From a virus (Duplodnaviria > Caudoviricetes): a stretch of DNA of 43,344 nt. The notes under the pieces were generated by a model. It was not told the DNA's origin. It did not search any database and saw only the letters and a program-made list of their open reading frames with translations. The stretch spans positions 1 through 43,344 of IMG/VR virus record IMGVR_UViG_3300033434_000009. One strand, written 5' to 3'. Position numbers and translations under genes: made by a program. This document shows, in pieces, positions 35,272 to 42,952 of this stretch (positions are counted from its first letter, which is position 1; each line of letters opens with the position of its first letter).

Positions 35272-35480
35272 TACCGCAGCACCCCCGTAACACGACTAGA
35301 CTTATACCCGCTTCTTGTCTTTGTGCATCCAGGGTTAAATTGCTCATGTACTAATGTAGACCGAATAATCGGCTCATAGCATTCTACCTGCCCAACTCCA
35401 TCAATATAAACACGTTGGGCGGTGCATACTTCCGTCCCGTGGTATTTGCAATCTGTTAATTTGCATTTCACGTTAGCCAT
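35271..35480 (-). CDS. Small Cys-rich protein (DUF1540-like)
   Basis: VKCKLTDCKYH...CTAQRVYI...C. Confidence 0.6.
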   Translation of the reverse strand: MANVKCKLTDCKYHGTEVCTAQRVYIDGVGQVECYEPIIRSTLVHEQFNPGCTKTRSGYKSSRVTGVLR

Positions 35481-36513
35481 AACACTTACTCCTTAAATAC
35501 GTTAAATATTCAATACCCCTATGTAGGTTCTTAAATGGTAATATTTCATGCCTATCAGGGAAGTAAATAACCATCGGCACTCCTTCTGCACCTTCATACC
35601 CATTTAATTTCTGACCGTATTCATCGTAAACTTTATAACTACCAGAGCGGATATAAGCAACATCCCTGCCATGCCTCCGTACTTGCTGCAAGTCTGGATA
35701 ATGTAAATGGGCCACTGCGAACACATCAGCAATTCCTTTTTCGTCTAACAAGCGTCTTTGTGCATTGGTAGTGTTTAATTGACTATTCCCGGCAGATTTA
35801 TGCCTTGCGTTTATTTTGTATGTTTCCTGTCCTAACTGTATATTGATCTCGCCACCATGCCATAAATTAACGCAATCAGCCACGCTTTTACTGCAAAGAT
35901 TCTCGATAAAATCATATTTGTTAATCCTCATGTCCCAATCATCGTGACAACCTCGTATTAACGCTATAGCCTTACTTCTTAATTCAGACATGAATTGTAT
36001 TACAAGCTTGTCTTGCAAGTCGCTTGTGGCTATCTGCTCATTTGTACCGCTCGGTATAATGGTCGGCTTCTGATTCTCTTTATAATCACCGGCGCCAATA
36101 AAAAAGACACCATCCGTTTGAATGATGTCCCTTTTGTCTCGCTCAAAGCTATCGTATTTAATCCCCTGCGCTCCTAAATGCCAATCACCCCAATGGGCGA
36201 TACCAATAGGCTTATCTCCGCTTATTTTAATCGTTGTTTTAGTTTGCTTTGTGTCCATATTACTAATGGACTGATTTAATTCTTTTAATTTATCCCAGTA
36301 ATTTATTACATCTTCTTCGGTCGGGGTGGCACGTTTATCTGTATATTCAATATCACCTTTAATTTGCGGCTGAATATGAACTCTTAAATGGTTGCGGATA
36401 TTATCATAAGTAAGCTTTAAACCCATTTCTTTATTGATTATATCGCGTATTTCTCCATACCCGTATTTCTCACTTTGCAACGATAATTTACTAGCCCTTT
36501 GTCTCCACTCCAT
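35473..36513 (-). CDS. Calcineurin-like metallophosphoesterase with N-terminal HTH-like region
   Basis: GDWHLG, GAGDY, RGCHD (variant of GNHD), ARH, AHLH; GGGGTGA SD before ATG 36513. Confidence 0.85.
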   Translation of the reverse strand: MEWRQRASKLSLQSEKYGYGEIRDIINKEMGLKLTYDNIRNHLRVHIQPQIKGDIEYTDKRATPTEEDVINYWDKLKELNQSISNMDTKQTKTTIKISGDKPIGIAHWGDWHLGAQGIKYDSFERDKRDIIQTDGVFFIGAGDYKENQKPTIIPSGTNEQIATSDLQDKLVIQFMSELRSKAIALIRGCHDDWDMRINKYDFIENLCSKSVADCVNLWHGGEINIQLGQETYKINARHKSAGNSQLNTTNAQRRLLDEKGIADVFAVAHLHYPDLQQVRRHGRDVAYIRSGSYKVYDEYGQKLNGYEGAEGVPMVIYFPDRHEILPFKNLHRGIEYLTYLRSKCYG

Positions 36514-36527
36514 ATATTCACCCCAAT

Positions 36528-36700
36528 ATAAAAAGCCCCCTATGCAGGAGGCTATAATCTCGCGCGGTGGCCCTAAGTACACGCCATTATTCTTAGGGCC
36601 ACTCTTATTAATTCGCCGAGCAACTACCGCCCAGCATACCAGCCCCCATAACCGGAGGCTGCAACAATGTATCTAGTCAGCGCAAATGTCGCTGCTTGAT
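36528..36700 (-). ncRNA. Structured late-operon leader / candidate sRNA ending in a terminator
   Basis: Five consecutive GC-rich hairpins; the last is followed by TTTTTATATT. Confidence 0.55.
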
Positions 36701-36711
36701 ATCTTTACTAA

Positions 36712-36762
36712 TACCATTTTATAGCTTAAAAAGTGTTAAAAACGGACATAAACCGGACATTT
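36712..36762 (-). promoter_or_regulatory. Late promoter with candidate activator-binding direct repeats
   Basis: CGGACAT twice (36743-36749, 36754-36760; 11-bp period) at the end of the RinA-like gene; -10 TAAAAT near 36716-36721; no -35. Confidence 0.7.
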
Positions 36763-37395
36763 TTATAAATATCCCAATTCTTGAGCTATTGCATAAATGG
36801 TTATTTGTTTCCACCTTCGAATTGTTCTATCATCAACCCCTAAATGATAACTTATCCCTTGGTCAGTATATCTATTTTGCCAATATTTCATTTCTATTAA
36901 TTTCTTTTTACTTTCATCACAATGCTCGTACACATTTCTTATAGCATTCACAATGCCCTCTAAACGTCGTATACGCTTGTCCTGCAATATTTTAGCTGTC
37001 TTGCTGCCTGTTGGGTCTCCCGGAGTAGAACTGTGTCCCTCCTGTGGCTCAGGAGTTTCTAGTATTATTTCTCTTTTTAGGCTCTCAAGTTCTTTACAGG
37101 TCTGCTTATAATGTCTCAACTCAGATTCAATATATCTGTAAGTGTCTTTGCTTATCTTTCCCTTTGTCATCGTGACTTCTACATATTTTTTATGATCTAA
37201 ATCCAAACTCTCGCATAGTGTAGCTGCCCATGCACTATGGATAAACTTTTTAGCATCGCAGAAATTGTGATCTATTTTTTTATTTTTGCACTCTTCTACC
37301 GTACACCACTCCGGGCAACCGTCTGAATGCTCATAATCATCTACAGCCCTTTTTAATATGGCTGACATTAATCTTCTTGCGCCATCGTCGTTCAT
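36763..37395 (-). CDS. RinA/ArpU-family late transcriptional activator with extra N-terminal domain
   Basis: YIESELRHY, PGDPTGSK, LIEMKYW...GVDDRTIRRWK...AQELG. Confidence 0.85.
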   Translation of the reverse strand: MNDDGARRLMSAILKRAVDDYEHSDGCPEWCTVEECKNKKIDHNFCDAKKFIHSAWAATLCESLDLDHKKYVEVTMTKGKISKDTYRYIESELRHYKQTCKELESLKREIILETPEPQEGHSSTPGDPTGSKTAKILQDKRIRRLEGIVNAIRNVYEHCDESKKKLIEMKYWQNRYTDQGISYHLGVDDRTIRRWKQITIYAIAQELGYL

Positions 37396-37428
37396 CTTTA
37401 TGTCCCCGCCCCCCAAATAAAAATCAAA

Positions 37429-37605
37429 TCATGCTTCTTTATTTAAACATCCATTACTGTTTGCAAATTCTTCTGCTGTCTTTGCAAGCTCAGCGGAAAT
37501 TTTCTTTGCCAATATCTTTAATAATTTTACAGAAACATAAAACGAAAATGCCGATCCTGATATTAATCCTATTAACAACCCCAATAAAATACTTCCTGTG
37601 TCCAT
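37429..37605 (-). CDS. Small membrane protein
   Basis: GGGAGGG SD; N-terminal TM. Confidence 0.65.
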   Translation of the reverse strand: MDTGSILLGLLIGLISGSAFSFYVSVKLLKILAKKISAELAKTAEEFANSNGCLNKEA

Positions 37606-37638
37606 GTTATTCCCTCCCAACACGAATAGGGCAGCTAT

Positions 37639-37797
37639 TTAGCTACCCTTTTTCTCTAATTCTTCTACTCGCTTAGTTAATTCATCAATCTTCTTTAATA
37701 AAAACGGTGTGCAAGTGTGACTAATTCCCTCTCTTTTTAATTCACCGCAATATTCACATTGCCAACGTATCATTTTTGGCATTTTTATTGTTTCCAT
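37639..37797 (-). CDS. 52-aa Zn-finger/coiled-coil protein (not in ORF track)
   Basis: METIKMPKMIRWQCEYCGELKREGISHTC...ELTKRVEELEK; AGGGGG SD. Confidence 0.6.
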   Translation of the reverse strand: METIKMPKMIRWQCEYCGELKREGISHTCTPFLLKKIDELTKRVEELEKKGS

Positions 37798-38051
37798 CTT
37801 CACGCCCCCTTAGCTTCTTTTTTCTCTCTCCTTCGCTTTTGTGCCGCTTTGCTTCTCCTACCCATCACAACGCCTCCCATATCATAGCCGCAATCACCAC
37901 GGCCCCTATTACCACCAACCCTATATACGTGCATAGCAGGTTGTATAGTATGTTAGTCAGTTTTTGTATTGCGGGTCGCCTCCTTTGTTTTGGCTAGGGC
38001 TTGCTCAACAATAGGTATGAACTGTTGATAATCATCGTATTGCTTAATGAA

Positions 38052-38339
38052 TTAATCTTTTAGCTGTTCCAACGCCCCAACCAGCTCAGTAACCTTTGCC
38101 TCTGCCTTATCTGCTCTAATTCCTTGACATGTAGCATCAATATCTTTTTTCTCTAGGCGATATAGTTCTTCGTCTAGCACCTTGAAATCTTGTTCTAATT
38201 TTTTATATTTGGCGTTTGCTGCCTGTCGTGGGCATTGATCTTCTTCCTTGCAAACAGCGCACTGGCATGTTCTCATATTATCAATCCAAGGATTTTGTTC
38301 TCTTAGCCCTCTAAGTTTCTGCTGTAAATCCTCACTCAC
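38052..38339 (-). CDS. Hypothetical Cys-rich/coiled-coil protein
   Basis: CQCAVC...C then coiled coil. Confidence 0.6.
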   Translation of the reverse strand: MSEDLQQKLRGLREQNPWIDNMRTCQCAVCKEEDQCPRQAANAKYKKLEQDFKVLDEELYRLEKKDIDATCQGIRADKAEAKVTELVGALEQLKD

Positions 38340-38460
38340 CCTTATTCACCAGCCTTTCACTGTTAAACTTATGACAAGCATCACACCAGCCACGCTTTTT
38401 ACCGTCCGTATATCCCATGTAATAAACTATTGGTATTGATATTATTAAAATCAATTCCAT
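38332..38460 (-). CDS. 42-aa hypothetical membrane peptide (not in ORF track)
   Basis: MELILIISIPIVYYMGYTDGKKRGWCDAC...; TGATG coupling; fills the gap exactly. Confidence 0.55.
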   Translation of the reverse strand: MELILIISIPIVYYMGYTDGKKRGWCDACHKFNSERLVNKGE

Positions 38461-38720
38461 CACTTAACCAGCCTTTCTGCTATTACCCACTCGCTACAAT
38501 TCTTACATTCATCGCACTTAATGCGATCTTTTGGCTTATCTGGATTTCGTTCGCAATTCCCGCAGCAACGCATAGCCGCTATTGTAGCCTGTTGTTGCTG
38601 GATTTGCTGTTCTAACCAGGTTTCCTTATCTATGCCGCATTTAGTGCAGTATTGACGTTCTGGGGCTGGTCTATCTGCAAATCCAAGATACTTTTTCCAT
38701 AAATGCTCACACTCAGCCAT
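38460..38720 (-). CDS. Hypothetical Cys-rich protein
   Basis: GGAGGAGGGTGA SD; CEHLW...CTKCG...CCGNC. Confidence 0.7.
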   Translation of the reverse strand: MAECEHLWKKYLGFADRPAPERQYCTKCGIDKETWLEQQIQQQQATIAAMRCCGNCERNPDKPKDRIKCDECKNCSEWVIAERLVK

Positions 38721-38988
38721 TGTCACCCTCCTCCGGCTCTGTAGTTAGTGCCTGTTCTGGCTTAATATAGCTAGGGCAAAATTCAGTGTAACCGCAAGAA
38801 TTATCATGGCATTCTTTGAAATAACCAGAGCATTCTTTTATTCCTTCGTCCGCAATAGCACCCAACTTCGCAAGCCGTAGGATTTCTTGCTTATCTGTTA
38901 CAGTGTTTAAAGTTGCTCCAACGATATTGCCAAGTTCAAGCTTTACTATTAATTCTCCCCGCTCAATCTTGCCTATCAAATCATTCAC
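38713..38988 (-). CDS. Hypothetical protein
   Basis: GGGAGGGG SD then GTG. Confidence 0.7.
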   Translation of the reverse strand: MNDLIGKIERGELIVKLELGNIVGATLNTVTDKQEILRLAKLGAIADEGIKECSGYFKECHDNSCGYTEFCPSYIKPEQALTTEPEEGDNG

Positions 38989-38990
38989 GC

Positions 38991-39098
38991 TTACCCCTCC
39001 CTACTATTTTTTTTACAGGTTATATCATGGCATTTATCAGCAAAAGGGCATATTACGCAATGTATTGAGTTACTACCAAACTTACCATAGCAATTCAC
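38991..39098 (-). CDS. 35-aa Cys-rich peptide (not in ORF track)
   Basis: GGGAGGGG SD; MNCYGKFGSNSIHCVICPFADKCHDITCKKNSREG. Confidence 0.6.
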   Translation of the reverse strand: MNCYGKFGSNSIHCVICPFADKCHDITCKKNSREG

Positions 39099-39212
39099 GC
39101 TCTACCCCTCCCACATAACCCCGGCACATCCGGGGATAATATTACTAAACCTTCATTCTCCTTACTGTACAAGGTCAGATTATGCCGCTGGCCTTGTTCT
39201 TTTGTTTTAGCA

Positions 39213-39241
39213 TTGACTCCGCTGGTTAATTTTCGTATATT
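39213..39241 (+). promoter_or_regulatory. Sigma-A-type promoter, antisense to the early operon
   Basis: TTGACT(39213-39218)-17 bp-TATATT(39236-39241). Confidence 0.7.
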
Positions 39242-39246
39242 TGGGG

Positions 39247-39319
39247 TAGAACCTGACGGAGGAAGTGGCACTTTGCGATTTTTCGCTCTGGCCCACTAGA
39301 TACCACGTCAGGTTTTTTA
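39247..39319 (+). ncRNA. Candidate ~70-nt structured sRNA
   Basis: Closed by a perfect 9-bp stem AACCTGACG/CGTCAGGTT followed by TTTT; internal GCGA-tttt-TCGC hairpin. Confidence 0.5.
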
Positions 39320-39345
39320 ATTGTCAGCACCTACCCCACCCCAAT

Positions 39346-39765
39346 CTAATCATTCGGCGTATCGTGTATATTGCCGATTACTTCAACCCGTTCATCGCCA
39401 AATTCACCGTTGCCAATGTCGCTCAGAAGATACTTTCCTTTTTTGCCGTCTACACTTGGATACGTCACTACAAAAGCGGCTAACTCGTCGTCATACTCAA
39501 CAACGCCATACATTAATCCGTTATAGCCTAAAATGTCCTTTTCATAGATTTCCTGTCCTTCCGGGTATTCTTCCGTCCGCTTGTCATCTCTCTTTCCGGT
39601 GTATTGCATTAACTCTATGCCTTTTTTGCTTGCAGTTGTAGATAATGTAATGGTGTTACCGTCAGTAAATTGAAGCCCATACTCTTCTCCAAGCCAAATC
39701 ATTAACACTTGTTGCATAGTATTTGTTTCTTTATCATAACAACGGAACTTTATCTCCCTTGCCAT
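39346..39765 (-). CDS. YopX family protein
   Basis: REIKFRCYDK, LMQYTG, EIYEKDIL, EVIGNIHD. Confidence 0.92.
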   Translation of the reverse strand: MAREIKFRCYDKETNTMQQVLMIWLGEEYGLQFTDGNTITLSTTASKKGIELMQYTGKRDDKRTEEYPEGQEIYEKDILGYNGLMYGVVEYDDELAAFVVTYPSVDGKKGKYLLSDIGNGEFGDERVEVIGNIHDTPND

Positions 39766-39767
39766 CC

Positions 39768-40001
39768 TCAACACTCCCCATCAGCTAATCTCTGTATCCG
39801 TTTAATGCAATCAGGGCAAAAATCAGTATCACTGGCTATATGCGTAGCGCACTTTTCGCAAATAGGCTTATCGCAAGTAAGTCGGTGCGCTTTAAAATCG
39901 GCTGATGATATTACTACACCCGCCGGGCAATCACATAATAAAGTCGCCATGTTCCTTTTACAAAATGGACAACCGCCTTTTGACTCTGGAATAATATCCA
40001 T
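39768..40001 (-). CDS. Cys-rich Zn-finger protein
   Basis: CPFC...LLCD...TCDKPICEKC...DFCPDC; starts at a repeat. Confidence 0.8.
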   Translation of the reverse strand: MDIIPESKGGCPFCKRNMATLLCDCPAGVVISSADFKAHRLTCDKPICEKCATHIASDTDFCPDCIKRIQRLADGEC

Positions 40002-40003
40002 CC

Positions 40004-40183
40004 TCAACACTCCCCAGCAATATCTAGTTCATACAGTTCAACCTTTTTACCGCACTTTTCGCATGTATGAATTAATTTTTCTCGCTTATGAGCCGCCACA
40101 TATAAAGGCCAAATATGATCTTCTCCACAGTCGCATTTGTGACCAATTGGAAAGTCATTTTCATTTCGGATAATACTTTTCAT
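40004..40183 (-). CDS. Small Zn-ribbon protein
   Basis: CDCG...CEKCG; starts at a repeat. Confidence 0.7.
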   Translation of the reverse strand: MKSIIRNENDFPIGHKCDCGEDHIWPLYVAAHKREKLIHTCEKCGKKVELYELDIAGEC

Positions 40184-40196
40184 CCTCAACACTCCC

Positions 40197-40682
40197 CTAC
40201 ATTTCCCTAACACGTTGATACACTTCTCTAAGCATGTCCATGTCTATATTCTTGCACCCGTTATCCTTTAACGCTTTTATCGCTCTTAGAAAGCACCTTG
40301 CGTCTTCATGCTGTTCCGGCGGTAATGCTTTTTTATAACTAACACCATACGAATATATCCCTACATTAGCTGACAATCCCGCATTATGTCTCCACCTGTA
40401 TATCATGTGTAAGGCGATACCTGAAACCCTAGAAATTTCGCCATCAGATTTACCTTGTTTGTACAATTTCAAGCATGTTTTCTTTTCATCGGCGGTAAGT
40501 AGGCCTCTTTTGTTGTATGGAAGTCCTCGTTTTTTCCTCCAAATTGATATAGTTGGCGATGTAACACCGACAATACCAGCTATCTTTACATCGCTGCATC
40601 CTTGGTTATATAGTTTAAGCACTTGTTTTTCTATATCGGGATTAGGTTTTTTACTAGTTAGTCCACTCAGAAACATTTCCAT
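40197..40682 (-). CDS. Tandem-HTH protein
   Basis: Two repeats of LKLYxQGxSDxxIxxxxG...WR...GL. Confidence 0.8.
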   Translation of the reverse strand: MEMFLSGLTSKKPNPDIEKQVLKLYNQGCSDVKIAGIVGVTSPTISIWRKKRGLPYNKRGLLTADEKKTCLKLYKQGKSDGEISRVSGIALHMIYRWRHNAGLSANVGIYSYGVSYKKALPPEQHEDARCFLRAIKALKDNGCKNIDMDMLREVYQRVREM

Positions 40683-40788
40683 CACTCGCTTTCAGTGAGA
40701 AATAACTCATTGCCTTATTAACCGTGTACTTTTTATTAAATATGGCTAAGAATAACGCCATATAATTATCTGTCAGTGGATCTTTCAC
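40654..40788 (-). CDS. 44-aa hypothetical protein (not in ORF track)
   Basis: GGAGGTG SD, GTGA coupling; MKDPLTDNYMALFLAIF... Confidence 0.55.
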   Translation of the reverse strand: MKDPLTDNYMALFLAIFNKKYTVNKAMSYFSLKASDGNVSEWTN

Positions 40789-40943
40789 TTTTTACACCTC
40801 CACCTAGTGCATTGTTGATTTTCCTTAACCCTCACTGCTTGCTGTACGTCAGGATTCTTTTTATAGCAGACCATTTCGCCGGGATACGCTCGCCGGTCAA
40901 CATTTTGGCATGTTCCGCAAACCTGTTTAACCGCCTTATACAT
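40785..40943 (-). CDS. 52-aa Cys-rich protein (not in ORF track)
   Basis: GGAGGGG SD; CGTC...C...CTRW. Confidence 0.65.
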   Translation of the reverse strand: MYKAVKQVCGTCQNVDRRAYPGEMVCYKKNPDVQQAVRVKENQQCTRWRCKK

Positions 40944-40961
40944 TCCTACCCCTCCAGTTAT

Positions 40962-41399
40962 TTAGCACTCCTCAAACCATAATTCCGGGTATTTCTCCCT
41001 AAACAGCTTTAACTTTATTTTGTAAACCTCTGTCCTATATCCCTTAGTGTCAATCCATACCTCGCGACCATCAGCATACAAAATCCAAAAATCCGGTGTA
41101 TATGTAATCGGCCTTATCCACTTGCCATTCTGTGGGCATCGGTATCCGCCTTGCAGAACAAATGCCTTTGGGTGGTGCTTGAAGTCTATTACCTCTCCAG
41201 CACGCTTGAGCAGTAGCAATTCCCCATACTTTGCAGCCTCTTTCTTAGAATCAAACACCAGTCCGTCAAGCTGAACCTTTACATTGTTGTACTTAGACCG
41301 CTTTTCAGCCTTGCCGCTCAATACTTCCTGTAGTTGCTTATTACGCCGCTGGCAGTCAAGCGATAGGCTCTCCCACCGAATTACCGTCCTACCTGGCAC
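40962..41399 (-). CDS. DUF1064-family PD-(D/E)XK nuclease
   Basis: SKYNNVKVQLDGLVFDSKKEA, ITYTPDF, IDTKG. Confidence 0.9.
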   Translation of the reverse strand: MPGRTVIRWESLSLDCQRRNKQLQEVLSGKAEKRSKYNNVKVQLDGLVFDSKKEAAKYGELLLLKRAGEVIDFKHHPKAFVLQGGYRCPQNGKWIRPITYTPDFWILYADGREVWIDTKGYRTEVYKIKLKLFREKYPELWFEEC

Positions 41400-41402
41400 T
41401 TA

Positions 41403-41903
41403 TTAACCGATCCCCTTTACCAGTTTCATAACCGTTTGGCGTGTTATCTGGCATATAATCTCGTTTTCCTGCCTGTCCGCTTTACGCTCAAGCAAATTGT
41501 TATATATCTTCAAAAACTGTGCCCGGTCAATAGATGGATTCTCAGACATTAGCAATGATTTATATCCCATAACCTTTACCGCTTCGCTTATTACTTCATG
41601 GGACCATTCCGTCCGCTTATATGGGTCCAGCTTTTTAATTACCTCGGACCATGCTTCTTCGGCCGAAGGTATCCCCGCATTTCGTATGGACCGCACCGCC
41701 TTTATTATCCGGCCGGGGGTTGGGTACTCGTCAGCGCGCAGCATCTTTACAACTGCCGTCTTAGCTGTAGTGTAATCTAGGTCCAGCAGTACCAAATTCC
41801 AAGAGTCTATAATATCGTCAGCGTCACCTTCAGCTATCCTCGGGTATATGCTCGCAATTAATGTCAATATCGCCGTAGTTTCCTCTCTGTTCAAACGAAC
41901 CAC
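41403..41903 (-). CDS. Replicative helicase loader/inhibitor (SPP1 G39P-like)
   Basis: NREETTAIL...IYP...W...LLDLDY, SAEEAWSEV, RAQFLKIY; follows the initiator. Confidence 0.8.
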   Translation of the reverse strand: MVRLNREETTAILTLIASIYPRIAEGDADDIIDSWNLVLLDLDYTTAKTAVVKMLRADEYPTPGRIIKAVRSIRNAGIPSAEEAWSEVIKKLDPYKRTEWSHEVISEAVKVMGYKSLLMSENPSIDRAQFLKIYNNLLERKADRQENEIICQITRQTVMKLVKGIG

Positions 41904-42684
41904 GCTCCAATACTTTTTTAAATTTAGCCGCTCCTGTTAGCTTTTTCTGTCCAGGAGGTGTGCCTGACCTAGCCTTTTCAAGTATCTTCAAGAAGTTCTT
42001 TGGCCCCATTAGCCAGTCAAAGCTTGCTTGCCATCCAAGGTCATTAGTCCCGTTATGGTGTGGTGACTGGCTGGCGTATCGAAAAACTTCGGTTATTGCA
42101 TCCCGACCGTGCTCTTTTATCCGGGCATTTATTGTCTTACGCCTATTGTCCGTCAAAGCCTCAGCCTTTGGCATCTTCGTACAGGTTGCATTGTATTCAT
42201 CAAGAATCCCTTGGTAGTCAGTCCGCGCTTTCGGTTCGTCGGCGGCCGCCGTAGGAAGGGAATCAGGAATCAGGTTAAGGGAATCAGGAATCAGGTTAAG
42301 GGAATCCGCAGGGCTACTTTCATTCTTTTCTGGTTCTTGCACTGTACTTGTACTGTTCTGGTCTGGTGCTGGTATATTACTAGCACCTTCTTTTACGTGC
42401 GGATTCTGGTGTTTAGTCCAGTTATTAACCTGGACATACTTGGTTTTGTCCACTTCATATATGGTGATAAAACCCTTCTCATTCAAGGATTCAAGTAGTT
42501 CAATAATGTTGCAATCATCGTAAGGTAACACTTCCGCTTTAATCTTTTTGGGGCGGTATTCTAAGCGTCCCTCACGATCTGCAATAGTCCATAATCCCGC
42601 AAACAACAATCTGGCTAATGGTTCACATTCTCCTAATTCATCATTTGTGAAAAATCCCGGTTTAATATTTCTCGCTCTTGCCAA
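41830..42684 (-). CDS. Phage replication initiator protein (TTG start)
   Basis: ARARNIKPGFFTNDEL...GLWTIADREGR; C-terminal GWQASFDWLM...NFLKILE; internal iterons. Confidence 0.88.
   Translation of the reverse strand: MARARNIKPGFFTNDELGECEPLARLLFAGLWTIADREGRLEYRPKKIKAEVLPYDDCNIIELLESLNEKGFITIYEVDKTKYVQVNNWTKHQNPHVKEGASNIPAPDQNSTSTVQEPEKNESSPADSLNLIPDSLNLIPDSLPTAAADEPKARTDYQGILDEYNATCTKMPKAEALTDNRRKTINARIKEHGRDAITEVFRYASQSPHHNGTNDLGWQASFDWLMGPKNFLKILEKARSGTPPGQKKLTGAAKFKKVLERGSFEQRGNYGDIDINCEHIPEDS
42256..42306. repeat. Iteron-like tandem repeats, probable replication origin
   Basis: 21-bp unit AAGGGAATCAGGAATCAGGTT about 2.4 times inside the initiator gene. Confidence 0.75.
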
Positions 42685-42733
42685 ATTGGCCGCCCCCACA
42701 TACATAAAATCTAATTGGTTATACTAACATGGG

Positions 42734-42949
42734 CTAGTCTGCCCTATAGTGCCAGTTATAAAGTATCTCTTTAGCCTTACGGTATTTCTCAATCATGCTC
42801 ATTTCCGGTTTATATAATCTACTCTCAAACAATTGTGTCTGATCTGGGCTGCCCATAGCTTCAAACTTCTTTTGGCAGTTAGGCCCAAGACCACGCTTTA
42901 TTGATTCTGGTTTCTTGAGCCTGTGGTTGCACATCTTACAGTGACACAT
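42734..42949 (-). CDS. DUF6011-like Zn-binding protein
   Basis: CKMCNHRLKKPESIKRGLGPNCQKK. Confidence 0.8.
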   Translation of the reverse strand: MCHCKMCNHRLKKPESIKRGLGPNCQKKFEAMGSPDQTQLFESRLYKPEMSMIEKYRKAKEILYNWHYRAD

Positions 42950-42952
42950 GGT

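Larger units (their letters stand above)
39763..40197 (-). repeat. Three identical 17-bp start-associated repeats GGGGAGTGTTGAGGATG
   Basis: Copies at 39763-39779, 39999-40015 and 40181-40197. Confidence 0.92.

Noticed and set aside
39247-39319. tRNA or hammerhead ribozyme
   Set aside because: No T-loop GTTC or D-loop pattern and no CUGANGA/GAAA core in the required arrangement.
39265-39483. Plus-strand ORF behind the 39213 promoter
   Set aside because: GGAGG is only 2 nt from the GTG, and the frame crosses a T-tailed stem and overlaps yopX antisense.
39763-40197. CRISPR mini-array
   Set aside because: Repeats are 17 bp, non-palindromic and spaced 182-236 bp apart by protein-coding genes; no cas genes.
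42256-42306. CRISPR or novel repeat
   Set aside because: Tandem repeats without spacers inside the initiator gene; ordinary iteron-like origin.
8906-42498. Numerous plus-strand ORFs opposite structural and early genes (e.g. 8906-9346, 13658-14080, 18030-18479, 28713-29174, 29551-30147)
   Set aside because: Shadow frames of well-supported minus-strand genes, with no SDs or recognisable motifs.
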